Of a DNA stretch of 44,288 bases, positions 27,706 to 37,753 are shown one piece after another. Numbering within the stretch: position 1 is the stretch's first letter; every line of letters begins with the position of its first letter. Under the pieces are notes generated by a model that was not told where the DNA came from, did no database searches, and worked only from the letters and a program-made list of their open reading frames with translations. Source of the stretch: Pseudobacteriovorax sp. (GTDB lineage: Bacteria > Bdellovibrionota_B > Oligoflexia > Oligoflexales > Oligoflexaceae); assembly GCA_050293845.1 (NCBI GenBank), contig JBNKNM010000024.1:1-44288 (forward strand), in the 5' to 3' direction. A program made the position numbers and the translations under genes.

Positions 27706-29133
27706 TTATTTACTTTCAACCACTCTACGAAATCGAGTATTTAGTCGCTTATGATTCTCTATCTTTTTAATAAACGATAGATTCAGTTTTTTTGCTGAAT
27801 CGATAGCTTGTCTGAGATCAGGATGCGGAGATACTGTCGGACATTTTAAAGGTTTAGTGTGAGCTTCTAGTGTGTGAATATAATGTGAGATACATGCGGC
27901 ACCAGCCATTTTTCTTTTATAGTAGAAATCTTCATAGTTTGACGACTTTAGCGAGCTGAAAAATCCTAATGATGAAAATAATATCAAAGAGTAACCCAAA
28001 TACTTGGTGAGCATATTCGATAGCGTTTGAATATGATAATAATAATAGACAGAGATTATTGGGAAAACAAATATGGTTGCAAATGCATATCTAGAGGATT
28101 TCGCAGTTCCTAAAGGAACGACTCCAGTACGAGCAAATGCAATAGCTCCAGTACTTAAGATCCAGGTTATAATTAATGATGCACAGAACCATTCGAAAGA
28201 ATCGATTTTACTAAGATTAAAATTCCTTTTTTTAAGAGTCAAAAGTATAGGATACAGAGTGAACAGAATTGAGATAAGTCCTAGAGCTATGCTCTTGCTG
28301 GTCCAACCAAAAATAAAAGAGGATACATATAAAAAATACTTATAGAAATCTAAATTAAGAAGTAGGGCCAACCCTGATTTGTTAACGTTTAGAGGGTCTA
28401 GAATTATTGATCCTGTATAGAATAGACAAGAAAGTACAAAAGAAATTATTACTAATGAATTCCCAAGTAAGTATTCTTTACCTGGCTTTCTATGGAAGAA
28501 CAAGGTAATTGAAGATAAGAAATAACAGAAGAAAATGCCTATCCCCGATGCAAACCCTCGGCCCCATGTGAATATTAGAAGTGGGTAAATGCATGAAATT
28601 ATAACATAGTTTTTCAGCGAGTCTTTTTTAATAAAGGAATAGTAGGACAATAGAATCGCAAAAAATACTGAATAGTGAGTATGGCTTTGTTGTGCCCAAC
28701 CATGAGCTTCCCAAGATAATGGTGTCAGTAACGGAAGCATAACTAGGTAAATAAAAGAGGTAGGAGTATTGGTATGTGCTTTAAGTATTTTTATCATCAT
28801 AAGAAGGATGCCACCAAAAACTAAGAAATTTGAAATTCCTTGATACGAAAGATTCCAGTGAAATAGTTTTTCAAATAGCCATACCTGGAAGTATGTTAGG
28901 CTTATTCGCGACTCCAGTAGAGGTGTAAAAATAAAATCTGCTAGAGACAAATCATTTAAATTGTGACCGTTCATTAATAGATACCATTCATCCCAATAAG
29001 GGATATCCACCTGGATGTACCACACATATGCAAAGTGTATTAAGTAAAGAAACCAAAATAGCATTGGTAAAACTTTTGGAAGTATATATTTTACTTTTGT
29101 TGTGTAAACCTTAGCCGTCATCTTATTACTCAT
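27706..29133 (-). CDS. Polytopic membrane protein, GT-C glycosyltransferase-like
   Basis: Many hydrophobic segments; DIPYWDEW after the first TM; AIAFARTG..G.AKSSRY late loop; visibly AT-rich. Confidence 0.55.
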   Translation of the reverse strand: MSNKMTAKVYTTKVKYILPKVLPMLFWFLYLIHFAYVWYIQVDIPYWDEWYLLMNGHNLNDLSLADFIFTPLLESRISLTYFQVWLFEKLFHWNLSYQGISNFLVFGGILLMMIKILKAHTNTPTSFIYLVMLPLLTPLSWEAHGWAQQSHTHYSVFFAILLSYYSFIKKDSLKNYVIISCIYPLLIFTWGRGFASGIGIFFCYFLSSITLFFHRKPGKEYLLGNSLVIISFVLSCLFYTGSIILDPLNVNKSGLALLLNLDFYKYFLYVSSFIFGWTSKSIALGLISILFTLYPILLTLKKRNFNLSKIDSFEWFCASLIITWILSTGAIAFARTGVVPLGTAKSSRYAFATIFVFPIISVYYYYHIQTLSNMLTKYLGYSLILFSSLGFFSSLKSSNYEDFYYKRKMAGAACISHYIHTLEAHTKPLKCPTVSPHPDLRQAIDSAKKLNLSFIKKIENHKRLNTRFRRVVESK

Positions 29134-29625
29134 CTAAGATATTGTTTTAAATAATCTAAAACCATAATCTATATAAAATAAATAGCCAAGCTAGTTCTAA
29201 GTTATTCTCGCTACAATCAAAATAGTACCTTAAATGAAAAGTTCAGTCCTTAAATAACTTATCGAGCTCCCTTTTAACGGACCTTTTGATGAAAATTTTG
29301 TTGTGTCTAATTAGGATTTGATCTCACAATTGTGTTTCCTTCTGAGAAAGTAGTCAGTCATTTAGACTATTAGAAAGTACGAGTTTACTTTCGCAGTTGC
29401 TGCGGTTAAATGCCATAAGGAATCGACGCTTGGTGATTGCCGACTGGGGCTCCTCCTTTAGTGTGTACTTCGCACAAAATCGTAATAAAATGCTAGAAGC
29501 AGCTATGTACTCGCCTTATTCTTCAGTATTTTTTGAAATAGCTTATGAACTGTATGCTTTCAATATTCCCACCAAACATATAGAATGTTGGCAATGGTCA
29601 CTTTGAATCACACTATAGGTTCTGT

Positions 29626-31065
29626 ATGAAGCAAATCGGAGTCATTGGAGCTGGTCCAGCCGGAATGACAGCAGCATATCAACTTTGTAAGCTAGGACAT
29701 AAAGTCACAATCATTGAAGCAGATAGTCAAGTTGGAGGTATGTCAAAATCATTCGAACTATGGGGACAGAAAGTGGACCTTGGTCCACATCGTTTTTTTT
29801 CGAATGAAAAGAGAATTAATCAGATATGGCTTGAGGTGGTAGGGACTAAGTTCTGCATGGTTGACCGATTAACACGTATCTTCTACAAGAATCGTTTTTT
29901 TTATTACCCGCTAAAACCATTGGATGCTTTGCTTAAGTTAGGAATCGGAGAAGCCATATTCTGCGTAATGTCTTATGGTATGCATGCTGTGCTTTTAAAA
30001 AAGAAGCAGCCTACCACATTTCAGGACTGGGTTATTTCGCGGTTTGGAAAGCGACTCTTCAATATTTTCTTTAAAACCTATAGCGAGAAATTATGGGGAA
30101 TAAGTTGTCAAGACATCGATGCTGACTTTGCTGCTCAAAGAATTAAAAAACTTACCCTATTTGGAGCCATATGGAATGCTGTAATTGCCGGGCGAGGAAA
30201 TAGACATAAGACCTTAGTCGATCGCTTTGCTTATGCACATGGGGGAACGGGGCGTGTTTATGAATTAATGGCAGAAAAAATTGAGGGGCTTGGCGGTAAA
30301 ATTTTGTTGGAAACTTCGGCTAAGGAGATTCTTTGCCATGAAAAAGAAGCGAAAGGAATTATTCTCAGTGATGGCACAAAGATGTTTTTCGATCATGTAA
30401 TTAGCACCATGCCACTCTCATTGATGGTGCAAAGGTTACCCAATATTCCTGAATCAGTCAAAAATGCAGTTAAATCACTCACCTTTCGTAATACCATTTT
30501 GGTTTATTTGGAAATTTCTGACAAAAGCCTTTTCCCAGATAATTGGCTCTATATTCACTCACCTGATATTCTCTGCGGAAGGGTGACAAACTTCCGAAAT
30601 TGGTCTCCAGATCTGGTTGGCAATTCAGATTCCACCATACTTTGTCTTGAGTATTGGTGTAACGCCGATGATAAAATGTGGAAATGGAGTGATAGTCAAT
30701 TTATCGCAATGGCTGAACGAGAAATTCGTATGACAAAGCTCATTGGAGAAGCTAAAATCCTCAATGGCTATACTCATCGTATCAATCGTAGCTACCCTGT
30801 CTACAAGGCTGGATATCGCAGTGTGCTCAAGCCAATTACAAGATATTTAGATCAAGTTAAGGGGCTTACAGCAATTGGTCGGTACGGGTCATTCAAATAC
30901 AATAACCAAGACCACAGTATTCTGATGGGGATTCTTGCTGCTGAAAACATCGGCGAAGGCCAATCACACGACCTCTGGCAAATCAATACAGATGACGAAT
31001 ATCAAGAGGAAGCTAGTATTGAGGAGCTGGGGTTGCAGGGTAATCTTCAGCAAGCAACTATATAA
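29626..31065 (+). CDS. FAD-dependent oxidoreductase (protoporphyrinogen oxidase / UDP-galactopyranose mutase-like)
   Basis: IGAGPAGMTAAY, GGMS, DLGPHRFFS, FFKTYSEKLWG, AAQRI, GRYGSFKYNNQDHS, WQINTDDEYQE. Confidence 0.88.
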   Translation: MKQIGVIGAGPAGMTAAYQLCKLGHKVTIIEADSQVGGMSKSFELWGQKVDLGPHRFFSNEKRINQIWLEVVGTKFCMVDRLTRIFYKNRFFYYPLKPLDALLKLGIGEAIFCVMSYGMHAVLLKKKQPTTFQDWVISRFGKRLFNIFFKTYSEKLWGISCQDIDADFAAQRIKKLTLFGAIWNAVIAGRGNRHKTLVDRFAYAHGGTGRVYELMAEKIEGLGGKILLETSAKEILCHEKEAKGIILSDGTKMFFDHVISTMPLSLMVQRLPNIPESVKNAVKSLTFRNTILVYLEISDKSLFPDNWLYIHSPDILCGRVTNFRNWSPDLVGNSDSTILCLEYWCNADDKMWKWSDSQFIAMAEREIRMTKLIGEAKILNGYTHRINRSYPVYKAGYRSVLKPITRYLDQVKGLTAIGRYGSFKYNNQDHSILMGILAAENIGEGQSHDLWQINTDDEYQEEASIEELGLQGNLQQATI

Positions 31066-31079
31066 GGAAGTCCGATATT

Positions 31080-31286
31080 AAGCGAGATGGTATCAATCTT
31101 CAATTGATGAGAAAGTTAAGCCTCCTGCTCGGAAGGTCCCTGTTTTTAAAACTTGGCGGGAGCTTAATAAATTCAAATAACAGTTTATTAAGGGTCAGTA
31201 GATCTTTCGGATCTATATTCTAAGGTGCAAAAATGCTTGATCTGTATAGCAAATTTAATCGAAAAATAAATTCTGAGCAATATAAG
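31080..31286 (+). pseudogene. ~207 bp inverted duplication, copy B: HU 3' remnant plus PhyH 5' remnant
   Basis: Reads KRDGINLQ(frameshift)DEKVKPPARKVPVFKTWRELNKFK*, then MLDLYSKFNRKINSEQYK (cf. PhyH MLGLFSRFKRKLNPEQHK). Confidence 0.88.
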
Positions 31287-31647
31287 CATATAAGCCATCA
31301 GGTAAAAAAAATTTGCAGCTATCTCAGGAGCAAAGTATAAAGTAACAACATGCGTGGGATTTCTATAAGAGTCCTACACCTGCATACAATAGTACTTAAT
31401 CAGAGAAGATTATCCCTACAGACAGTTATTATATAAACCTCTTCTCCATCTTCGATTTAACTTGAGGAAGCTTGGTCTTGCCCAAGTCGATTGCAATCGA
31501 AGGTGGAAGTGGTATGCATTTCTTATCCGAAGAAATTTTAAATAGCGCCTTATCAAAGGATGCCATGACATAAAATTTTGCAATATTTGTCTACCGCCAT
31601 AGTCTCTAAAATGTCATGGAATTAACAGATATAACAAGGTAGAATCA

Positions 31648-32541
31648 ATGCATAAAATATTTGGAGTGGCCGCCCTTTTTGCTACCCTAATGCAAATACC
31701 CACGGCTTTATGTCAAGGCGATGAAGAAACCAATCTTAGCCCTGAACAGCAGAAAATATACAGCACATTTGAAGCTTTAGACTTTAAAAATGGAAAAATT
31801 GAGCTTAGCAATACGGTTGCTGATCTGAAAAAAGACTTTGTTTTTCTTAATCAGAAAGATGCAGGACAGTTTCTCACTAATATCTGGAACAATCCCCCTG
31901 GGTTTGATGGCATTGGTATGATATTTCCCGCCAGTAAGCACCCCTTAGCTAGCGATTCTTGGGCTATCGTCGTGACTTTTGAGGACTCAGGATATGTCAG
32001 TGATGAAGAAGCCGCCGAAATTGACTATGACGATCTTCTGGAAGAGATGCAGGAATCGACTAAAGAAAACAATAGTGAACGTGTCAGCTTAGGTTACGAG
32101 CCCATTACATTGGTGGGGTGGGCTGAAGAGCCGGCTTATAACAGTGCGTCAAAAAAACTCTATTGGGCGAAGGAGTTGGCGTTTGGAAAAACGAGTTCAG
32201 AAAATACATTGAACTACAATATACGAATCTTAGGGCGTAAGGGAGTGCTTAATCTCAATGTGGTGGGTTCCATGGGGCAACTGGAGGAGATAAGGGAGAG
32301 TCGTAGCAAAATATTGAACGCCATAAATTTTAAGCCAGGACACCGTTATGAAGACTTTGATCCTAGTTCGGACCATGTAGCAGAATATGGGTTAGCAGCC
32401 CTTATTGCTGGGGGAGCTTTGGCTAAAACCGGAATTTTGAAGTCGATCATTGCAGCAATATTTGCAGCAAAAAAACTATTGATTGTCGGTGTCGTGGGCA
32501 TCTTAGGATTTCTATTCAAACTTTATCGCAAAGAGTCATAA
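31648..32541 (+). CDS. DUF2167 family membrane-anchored protein
   Basis: GYVSDEEAAEIDYDDLL, VGWAEEPAYN..KKLYWAKEL, LNYNIRILGRKGVLNLN, GHRYEDF...D.VAEYGLAALIAGG. Confidence 0.9.
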   Translation: MHKIFGVAALFATLMQIPTALCQGDEETNLSPEQQKIYSTFEALDFKNGKIELSNTVADLKKDFVFLNQKDAGQFLTNIWNNPPGFDGIGMIFPASKHPLASDSWAIVVTFEDSGYVSDEEAAEIDYDDLLEEMQESTKENNSERVSLGYEPITLVGWAEEPAYNSASKKLYWAKELAFGKTSSENTLNYNIRILGRKGVLNLNVVGSMGQLEEIRESRSKILNAINFKPGHRYEDFDPSSDHVAEYGLAALIAGGALAKTGILKSIIAAIFAAKKLLIVGVVGILGFLFKLYRKES

Positions 32542-32608
32542 GTGACTATCTATAGTTAATCATTTGATCTGTATAGATTGGTGCAGATCTTAGTCGGGAG
32601 GAAAACAC

Positions 32609-32836
32609 ATGAAAAAAATCGGTTTCTATTTATTTGTGGGTGGTTTGGGATCGTCGATTCTAAGTTTAATGGATCTTAATTTTAAGCTTCTATTATGGAT
32701 TGATATGTGGGGAGAGACTACCGGGTGGATCATTCGCGGGGGATTAGCGGCCCTTGGATTATTATTAATGGTTGCTGGTAAAAGCCAGGCCGCCGCAGAA
32801 GCTCCCTTAAGCACATCGAAACCCACGGGGTCATGA
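32609..32836 (+). CDS. Small two-TM membrane protein
   Basis: GGGAGG RBS; LLWIDMWGETTGWIIRGG between two hydrophobic helices; follows the DUF2167 gene. Confidence 0.75.
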   Translation: MKKIGFYLFVGGLGSSILSLMDLNFKLLLWIDMWGETTGWIIRGGLAALGLLLMVAGKSQAAAEAPLSTSKPTGS

Positions 32837-32848
32837 TATGATTCAGAA

Positions 32849-32872
32849 ACAACTGGGTTTTAACCCAGTTGT
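32849..32872. terminator. Likely bidirectional terminator hairpin
   Basis: ACAACTGGGTT-TT-AACCCAGTTGT perfect 11 bp inverted repeat between convergent genes. Confidence 0.65.
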
Positions 32873-32894
32873 GGTACTTATTTTAAGATAAGCA

Positions 32895-34742
32895 TCAGGC
32901 TTTAACTAATGCCTTGCGCCATAGAATAAAGACAACTACAGCAAAACCGGTGAGGGATAATACTTCCCGTAATTGGTCTCCAAGTGAGAGCGATAAATCA
33001 AGATTCATACTTAGTATGACTGCGAGTAAAACTCCTGTTATAGCTTCTCCAGCTATGAGTCCTGAGCTTAGTAATACTCCTTGATCTTTAGCTTCATCAA
33101 CTGTTGATCGCTTCTTATCAGCAAAAAATCTGATTAGACCACCAAGCAGCATGGGAACTGAAAGAGTGACAGGCAAATAGATGCCAACCGCAAGGGGCAT
33201 CAGATAAAGGCGAAATTTAGAATTTTTCTTCTTTAATAGGGAGTCACAGATGAGAACTAAGACGCCAATGATCGCCCCTGTCACTATCATATTTGTTTCC
33301 AAGGCTTTATCACCAAAAATACCCTCAGCAATACTGGCAAATAGTGTAGCCTGGGGGGCTTTTAGAGAACCTTCAGCTGCTGTTCCGATACCAAACGCAT
33401 TGTTGAGAAGGGTCAGAACGGGGGCAATGACAAACGCTGGGATCATGATGCCGATAATTTGCGCAATCTGTTGGCTACGGGGTGTTGCGCCCACCAGATA
33501 ACCTGTTTTTAAATCTTGGGAGCAATCTGCAGAGGTACATGCTGCGCAGCAGACCACTGAGGCTACGCCAAGAGTGGCTAGAATAGCCGACTTCCCATCA
33601 TATCCGAAGACTAAAAGTAGCCCCGAAACCACCAATAAGGCACAGATGGTCATCCCGGAAACCGGGTTATTTGAACTCCCCACTAAGCCAACAATATAAC
33701 TTGATACTGCTACAAATAAGAAAGAAAGCAATGCCATAAAAATTGTCGTAAAGATGGTTAAACCAACGGACTCGAACATTCCTTTATAAATGGTAAACAC
33801 TAGTGCTAGGTTCAATAGAAATAACCAACCAATGATCGAGGATGGAAGGTTTTTGTGGAGTCTATCTTCACTGTTTGTAGCTTTGGTCTTTTTGCCACGA
33901 ATCTCATCAATGCCTTTAACGATGCCCTTACGCACCGTTACGATGGACCAAGCACCTCCCACTAACATAGCCCCAACACCGATATACCTAGTTTTGCTTG
34001 ACCAAGTCGTCCAAGCTAATTCTGCTAAGTCAGTAGTTTGGCTGGCATCACCAAGAATGGGTAATGCCACAAGCCAGCCTATAGCGCCTCCTAAGAACAC
34101 CAGAAAAGCGATTTCGATGTTTATAATATAGCCTACGGCTAGCAAGGCTGGAGACATGTCGGAACCAAAAAAACCCACTCTACCAAAAGCAGAAAAAGCT
34201 TTTTCAACACTTCCTTGAAATAACTTTAAACCGCCAACGAGAAACTTAAATACAAATCCTAAACCTAAACCAAAAAGAATGGTTTTGAATCCAGAAGATG
34301 CATCATTTCCACTCTCTAAAACTTGAGCGCAGGCGACGCCTTCCGGATAGATTAATTCATCATCTTCGACAATCAAAGCTCGCCGCAAAGGAATCATAAA
34401 CAGAACACCCAGCAGTCCACCAGCCATAGCGATGAGCGTCGTAGGCCAGAAACGAAACTCAGTCCAAGCACCAACGATAACAAGGGCTGGGAGTGTGAAA
34501 ATAACCCCTGCTGCTAAAGACTCACCGGCGGAAGCCATAGTCTGGATGATGTTGGTTTCTAATATGCTCCGCTTTTTGAAAAGGACTGTATATAAACCCA
34601 TACCGATAACTGCAGCGGGAATGGAAGCTGATACAGTCATACCGGCGTATAGTCCCAGGTATACATTAGCAGCTGTCATAACGATGCCAATCAAAAGCCC
34701 GACCCCGATGGATGACGGGCTTAGTTCCTTCCTTTGATTCAC
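32895..34742 (-). CDS. OPT family oligopeptide transporter
   Basis: ANVYLGLYAGMTVSASIPAAV, NIIQTMASAGES, YPEGVAC, GSSNNPVSG, QDLKTGYLVGATP..QQ, APQATL. Confidence 0.95.
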   Translation of the reverse strand: MNQRKELSPSSIGVGLLIGIVMTAANVYLGLYAGMTVSASIPAAVIGMGLYTVLFKKRSILETNIIQTMASAGESLAAGVIFTLPALVIVGAWTEFRFWPTTLIAMAGGLLGVLFMIPLRRALIVEDDELIYPEGVACAQVLESGNDASSGFKTILFGLGLGFVFKFLVGGLKLFQGSVEKAFSAFGRVGFFGSDMSPALLAVGYIINIEIAFLVFLGGAIGWLVALPILGDASQTTDLAELAWTTWSSKTRYIGVGAMLVGGAWSIVTVRKGIVKGIDEIRGKKTKATNSEDRLHKNLPSSIIGWLFLLNLALVFTIYKGMFESVGLTIFTTIFMALLSFLFVAVSSYIVGLVGSSNNPVSGMTICALLVVSGLLLVFGYDGKSAILATLGVASVVCCAACTSADCSQDLKTGYLVGATPRSQQIAQIIGIMIPAFVIAPVLTLLNNAFGIGTAAEGSLKAPQATLFASIAEGIFGDKALETNMIVTGAIIGVLVLICDSLLKKKNSKFRLYLMPLAVGIYLPVTLSVPMLLGGLIRFFADKKRSTVDEAKDQGVLLSSGLIAGEAITGVLLAVILSMNLDLSLSLGDQLREVLSLTGFAVVVFILWRKALVKA

Positions 34743-35274
34743 GGGGGGATACTCCTATATAAAATCAACAGATACAATGGACCATGAAACGAGTTGCATG
34801 TTAGCTCTGATTTCTGTAGGTACAAAGGGATAACGAATCCAAGCTGCGGATAACTTAAAGAAATTTATTGCTTATGTCGAGAAAAAACCAGACAGAGTGC
34901 ATGGTCCATATTGACCTTTAATGCTATGTCCACCGAATCGCGTATGGCAGAGACAATATTTGCTGTTGTTACCAAGGATCAAAATACAAACCTCTCTCAG
35001 GAGCTTATGCTGGAGGGGTCAGTTATCAACAAAAGTTATGTTGACGAAACAAAACATCTCGCATCTCTACTCTAAAAAATTAGTTAGCAAAACTTCTATG
35101 TAAGACATGGAGCAATGTGTTTTTATCTCTGTGCCATTAGACTTTTATTGCAGGATTTGTCATTAAAGCGAGTTCTAAAATAAGAGTCTATTCTGATGCC
35201 ATAGGGGAAATAAAAATATTTCATTGTATTATGACCCCTTCCGAGCATTTATAAACAGTAGTTTGACTTTAGAA

Positions 35275-35553
35275 TCCGGTGCGGAAGAGATAAGTAACGA
35301 CAATAGAAAAGAACATACTTATGATAATTCTCCCCAGACACGGTAGGCTAACGACGGGACATTGTAGCATGCTTGGATAGAATATGATTTAGGTTCGCCA
35401 AGAACTATCAGCAAAATTTTTCTCGATCTTTATGATTTCGGATGGACACAATCCTTTACTCCTACTATGGGTCAGGTGGTCTGAATAATTATGACAGACA
35501 GCAATAGTGATGGCCATCAGTGGTTCAGTATTTATGAGTCGTGGATTTTCCAA
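35275..35553 (+). pseudogene. F5/8 type C (discoidin/CBM32) domain remnant
   Basis: One frame reads SGAEEISNDNRKEHTYDNSPQTR*ANDGTL*HAWIEYDLGSPRTISKIFL...VV*IIMTDSNSDGHQWFSIYESWIFQ, matching D...TRW, WI.yDLG and WxSIxE; three in-frame stops. Confidence 0.75.
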
Positions 35554-35695
35554 TGGTTCTTCGTGTTTCTTTTCCGGTATATTGCAGGGTCGTATTTTGT
35601 CTAGGACCCTTATTTCGGAGCTTTGCATTTGCATCCGGAGTTTGAAAGCTGCGGTGAAAGCATCATAAAGGGGGAACAGTTTGTATGACCCGCAG

Positions 35696-36520
35696 TCACA
35701 GTTTACTACCGCAGTACATGCAGAACATTGCTTCCAACTGATGCCCAGATTTTTGACATTGGGAGCATTGCCTAGAGCTTACACTAAGCTTTTCCGCATT
35801 GGCCAGTTCTACCGATACGATTCCTGTCGGTACAGCTAATATGGCATATCCGCAAATCATGATAAGAGCAGCAAGGAATTGACCTAGGTCGGTTTGAGGC
35901 ACTAAATCTCCATAGCCTACAGTTGTCATTGTGACTATAGCCCAGTAGATAGACCTAGGTATACTGGTAAATCCGGAAGCTTCACCCTCCACCAGATACA
36001 TAATAGCACCCATTATTAACACGAGTCCCAGCACAGCTCCCAAAAAAACTGTGATTTTGGGACGGCTGGCCTTGAGTGCTGCTAGGAGGGTATAAGCTTC
36101 CCCAGTATAGCGCGCTAATTTAAAAATTCGAAATACGCGGAGTAATCGAAGTCCGCGGATGACTAATAGGGAATGGCTTCCTGTGAAGTAGAGGCTAAGA
36201 TAAGTGGGAATGATGGCCAGAAGGTCGACGATACCGAAAAAACTGTAGGCATACTTGATGGGGCGCTTTACACAAAATAAGCGAATGATATACTCGACGG
36301 TAAAAAAGCCAGTAAACAGCCATTCCACAAAACGTAATGCGGTTCCAAATCGTTGGCTCATGGAATTTACGCTCTCAATGAGGACAGCGCCAACACTGAT
36401 TAGGATAGACCATAAAAGTACAACATCGAAAGCCTTACCTCCTGGGGTATCGGCCTCGAAAATGATAATATACAATCTGTGCCTGAGTGGGCCCAGACGA
36501 CCTTGAGAGTCCGGTTTCAT
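35696..36520 (-). CDS. Voltage-gated K+ channel-like ion transporter
   Basis: S4 IRGLRLLRVFRIFKL, YWAIVTMTTVGYGD filter, C-terminal CxxC/CxxC. Confidence 0.93.
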   Translation of the reverse strand: MKPDSQGRLGPLRHRLYIIIFEADTPGGKAFDVVLLWSILISVGAVLIESVNSMSQRFGTALRFVEWLFTGFFTVEYIIRLFCVKRPIKYAYSFFGIVDLLAIIPTYLSLYFTGSHSLLVIRGLRLLRVFRIFKLARYTGEAYTLLAALKASRPKITVFLGAVLGLVLIMGAIMYLVEGEASGFTSIPRSIYWAIVTMTTVGYGDLVPQTDLGQFLAALIMICGYAILAVPTGIVSVELANAEKLSVSSRQCSQCQKSGHQLEAMFCMYCGSKL

Positions 36521-36702
36521 CTGATATCTCCAGGAAAAAATGGTTTAGGGCTGGGTAATTGACACTGCCTCACTCGTTCTACTTGCGAGTCAATTATACC
36601 TAAAGTCATTTTAAGAATTTCAAGGATTAAAGTCTAGATCTAGCCTATGGAGAAGGGCATAAAGAGCACATGTGGTGCAAAAAAGCATATGCCAAGGAGT
36701 TG

Positions 36703-37692
36703 TCACTTTAATCCGAATAGAGTCAATCTTAGAATTTTTGATCGTTCCGCTATTTTTTCAAAAACTAAGGGGGCGATAAGCCCCATCAACAGGCAAGCGA
36801 TAAAAAGAAATTCAGTATTGTAGATACCTACTTTTTTTAACATGATTCTTGTGCCAGCAGCCGGAAAAACATGAAATAGATAGATCCCATAGGCATATCC
36901 TCCGAGATAAGCTAGCCATTTTATATGAAAGCGAAATTTAAATAGTAAGAAATTGCCACTTACGGCTATCATAATAGCTACAATTGAAAAACGCTGTATG
37001 GTGAAGTCAATTTTGTTAAATAAGACTAACTGTTGCAGACCAACAGATACAACAAATGCTATGATAAGGGGGTAACTTATCAGTTTACGCTGCAGTGGTT
37101 GCCAATGACAATTAAATCCATACCCAAGTATGAAATAAGGTAGAAGAAATAGATATCCATCGAAGCTAAAAAAACCGAGCTTGGGAATGAAGACGCTAGC
37201 AATAAAGGCTGAGATAAGGCAAACAAACCAGGTTTTGAAATTTTTCAGTAAGCCCAAAACCTCTAACCCGATGATAGTTATGAATACGGTGATAATAGCT
37301 TGAAGAAACCAAAAATGCTCAAATCCATAGAAATATATTTTCCAGATTTCCTGAAGCTCAACGTTTCTGTTAGTACCAGGTATAATCAAAAGAGCCATAA
37401 AGTGGATAGTGGATACTGTAATAAGTGGTAATAAAAGGCGTCGCAGCTTTCCTTTAAAAAATTTTATTATGGCATGTGATTGAACCGGGCGAAGAGCGTA
37501 AACAAATCCAGAAATAGCGGTAAAAAGAGGCATTCGGATGTATTCAAGGCTGTGATAGATATACCTATATAAGGAGTCATCAGAGACACTTAATCCTCGA
37601 TCGGGAACGCTCCCAATCACATGACCCATGACCATGAGGATGATAGCAAGTCCCCGTAGTGTTTCGATGGATTGATCTTTTTTACTAGACAT
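36703..37692 (-). CDS. Acyltransferase family 3 (membrane O-acyltransferase)
   Basis: IETLRGLAIILMVMGH, RMPLFTAISGF, KLRRLLLP, HFWFL, YGIYLFH. Confidence 0.92.
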   Translation of the reverse strand: MSSKKDQSIETLRGLAIILMVMGHVIGSVPDRGLSVSDDSLYRYIYHSLEYIRMPLFTAISGFVYALRPVQSHAIIKFFKGKLRRLLLPLITVSTIHFMALLIIPGTNRNVELQEIWKIYFYGFEHFWFLQAIITVFITIIGLEVLGLLKNFKTWFVCLISAFIASVFIPKLGFFSFDGYLFLLPYFILGYGFNCHWQPLQRKLISYPLIIAFVVSVGLQQLVLFNKIDFTIQRFSIVAIMIAVSGNFLLFKFRFHIKWLAYLGGYAYGIYLFHVFPAAGTRIMLKKVGIYNTEFLFIACLLMGLIAPLVFEKIAERSKILRLTLFGLK

Positions 37693-37753
37693 ACTTATGT
37701 GTCCTTTTAGACCTCTATATTAGCTTAACTGCTCGGTACCATGGTTCTCTAGT

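Noticed and set aside
29397..29606. Short track ORFs in spacers (29397-29606, 7210-7416, 1876-2067, 34921-35103, 35389-35634)
   Set aside because: No convincing RBS or motifs; 35389-35634 is antisense to the discoidin relic.
31563..31619. 9 bp inverted repeat CCATGACAT/ATGTCATGG (also GCAATGTTC/GAACATTGC at 8923-8956) as MITE ends
   Set aside because: Short, single-copy in the window, with no evident target-site duplication.
35275..35553. Stop-codon readthrough or alternative genetic code
   Set aside because: Stops are mixed (TAG and TGA here, TAA in HU), relics also carry frameshifts or deletions, and intact genes end at all three stops; ordinary decay explains it.
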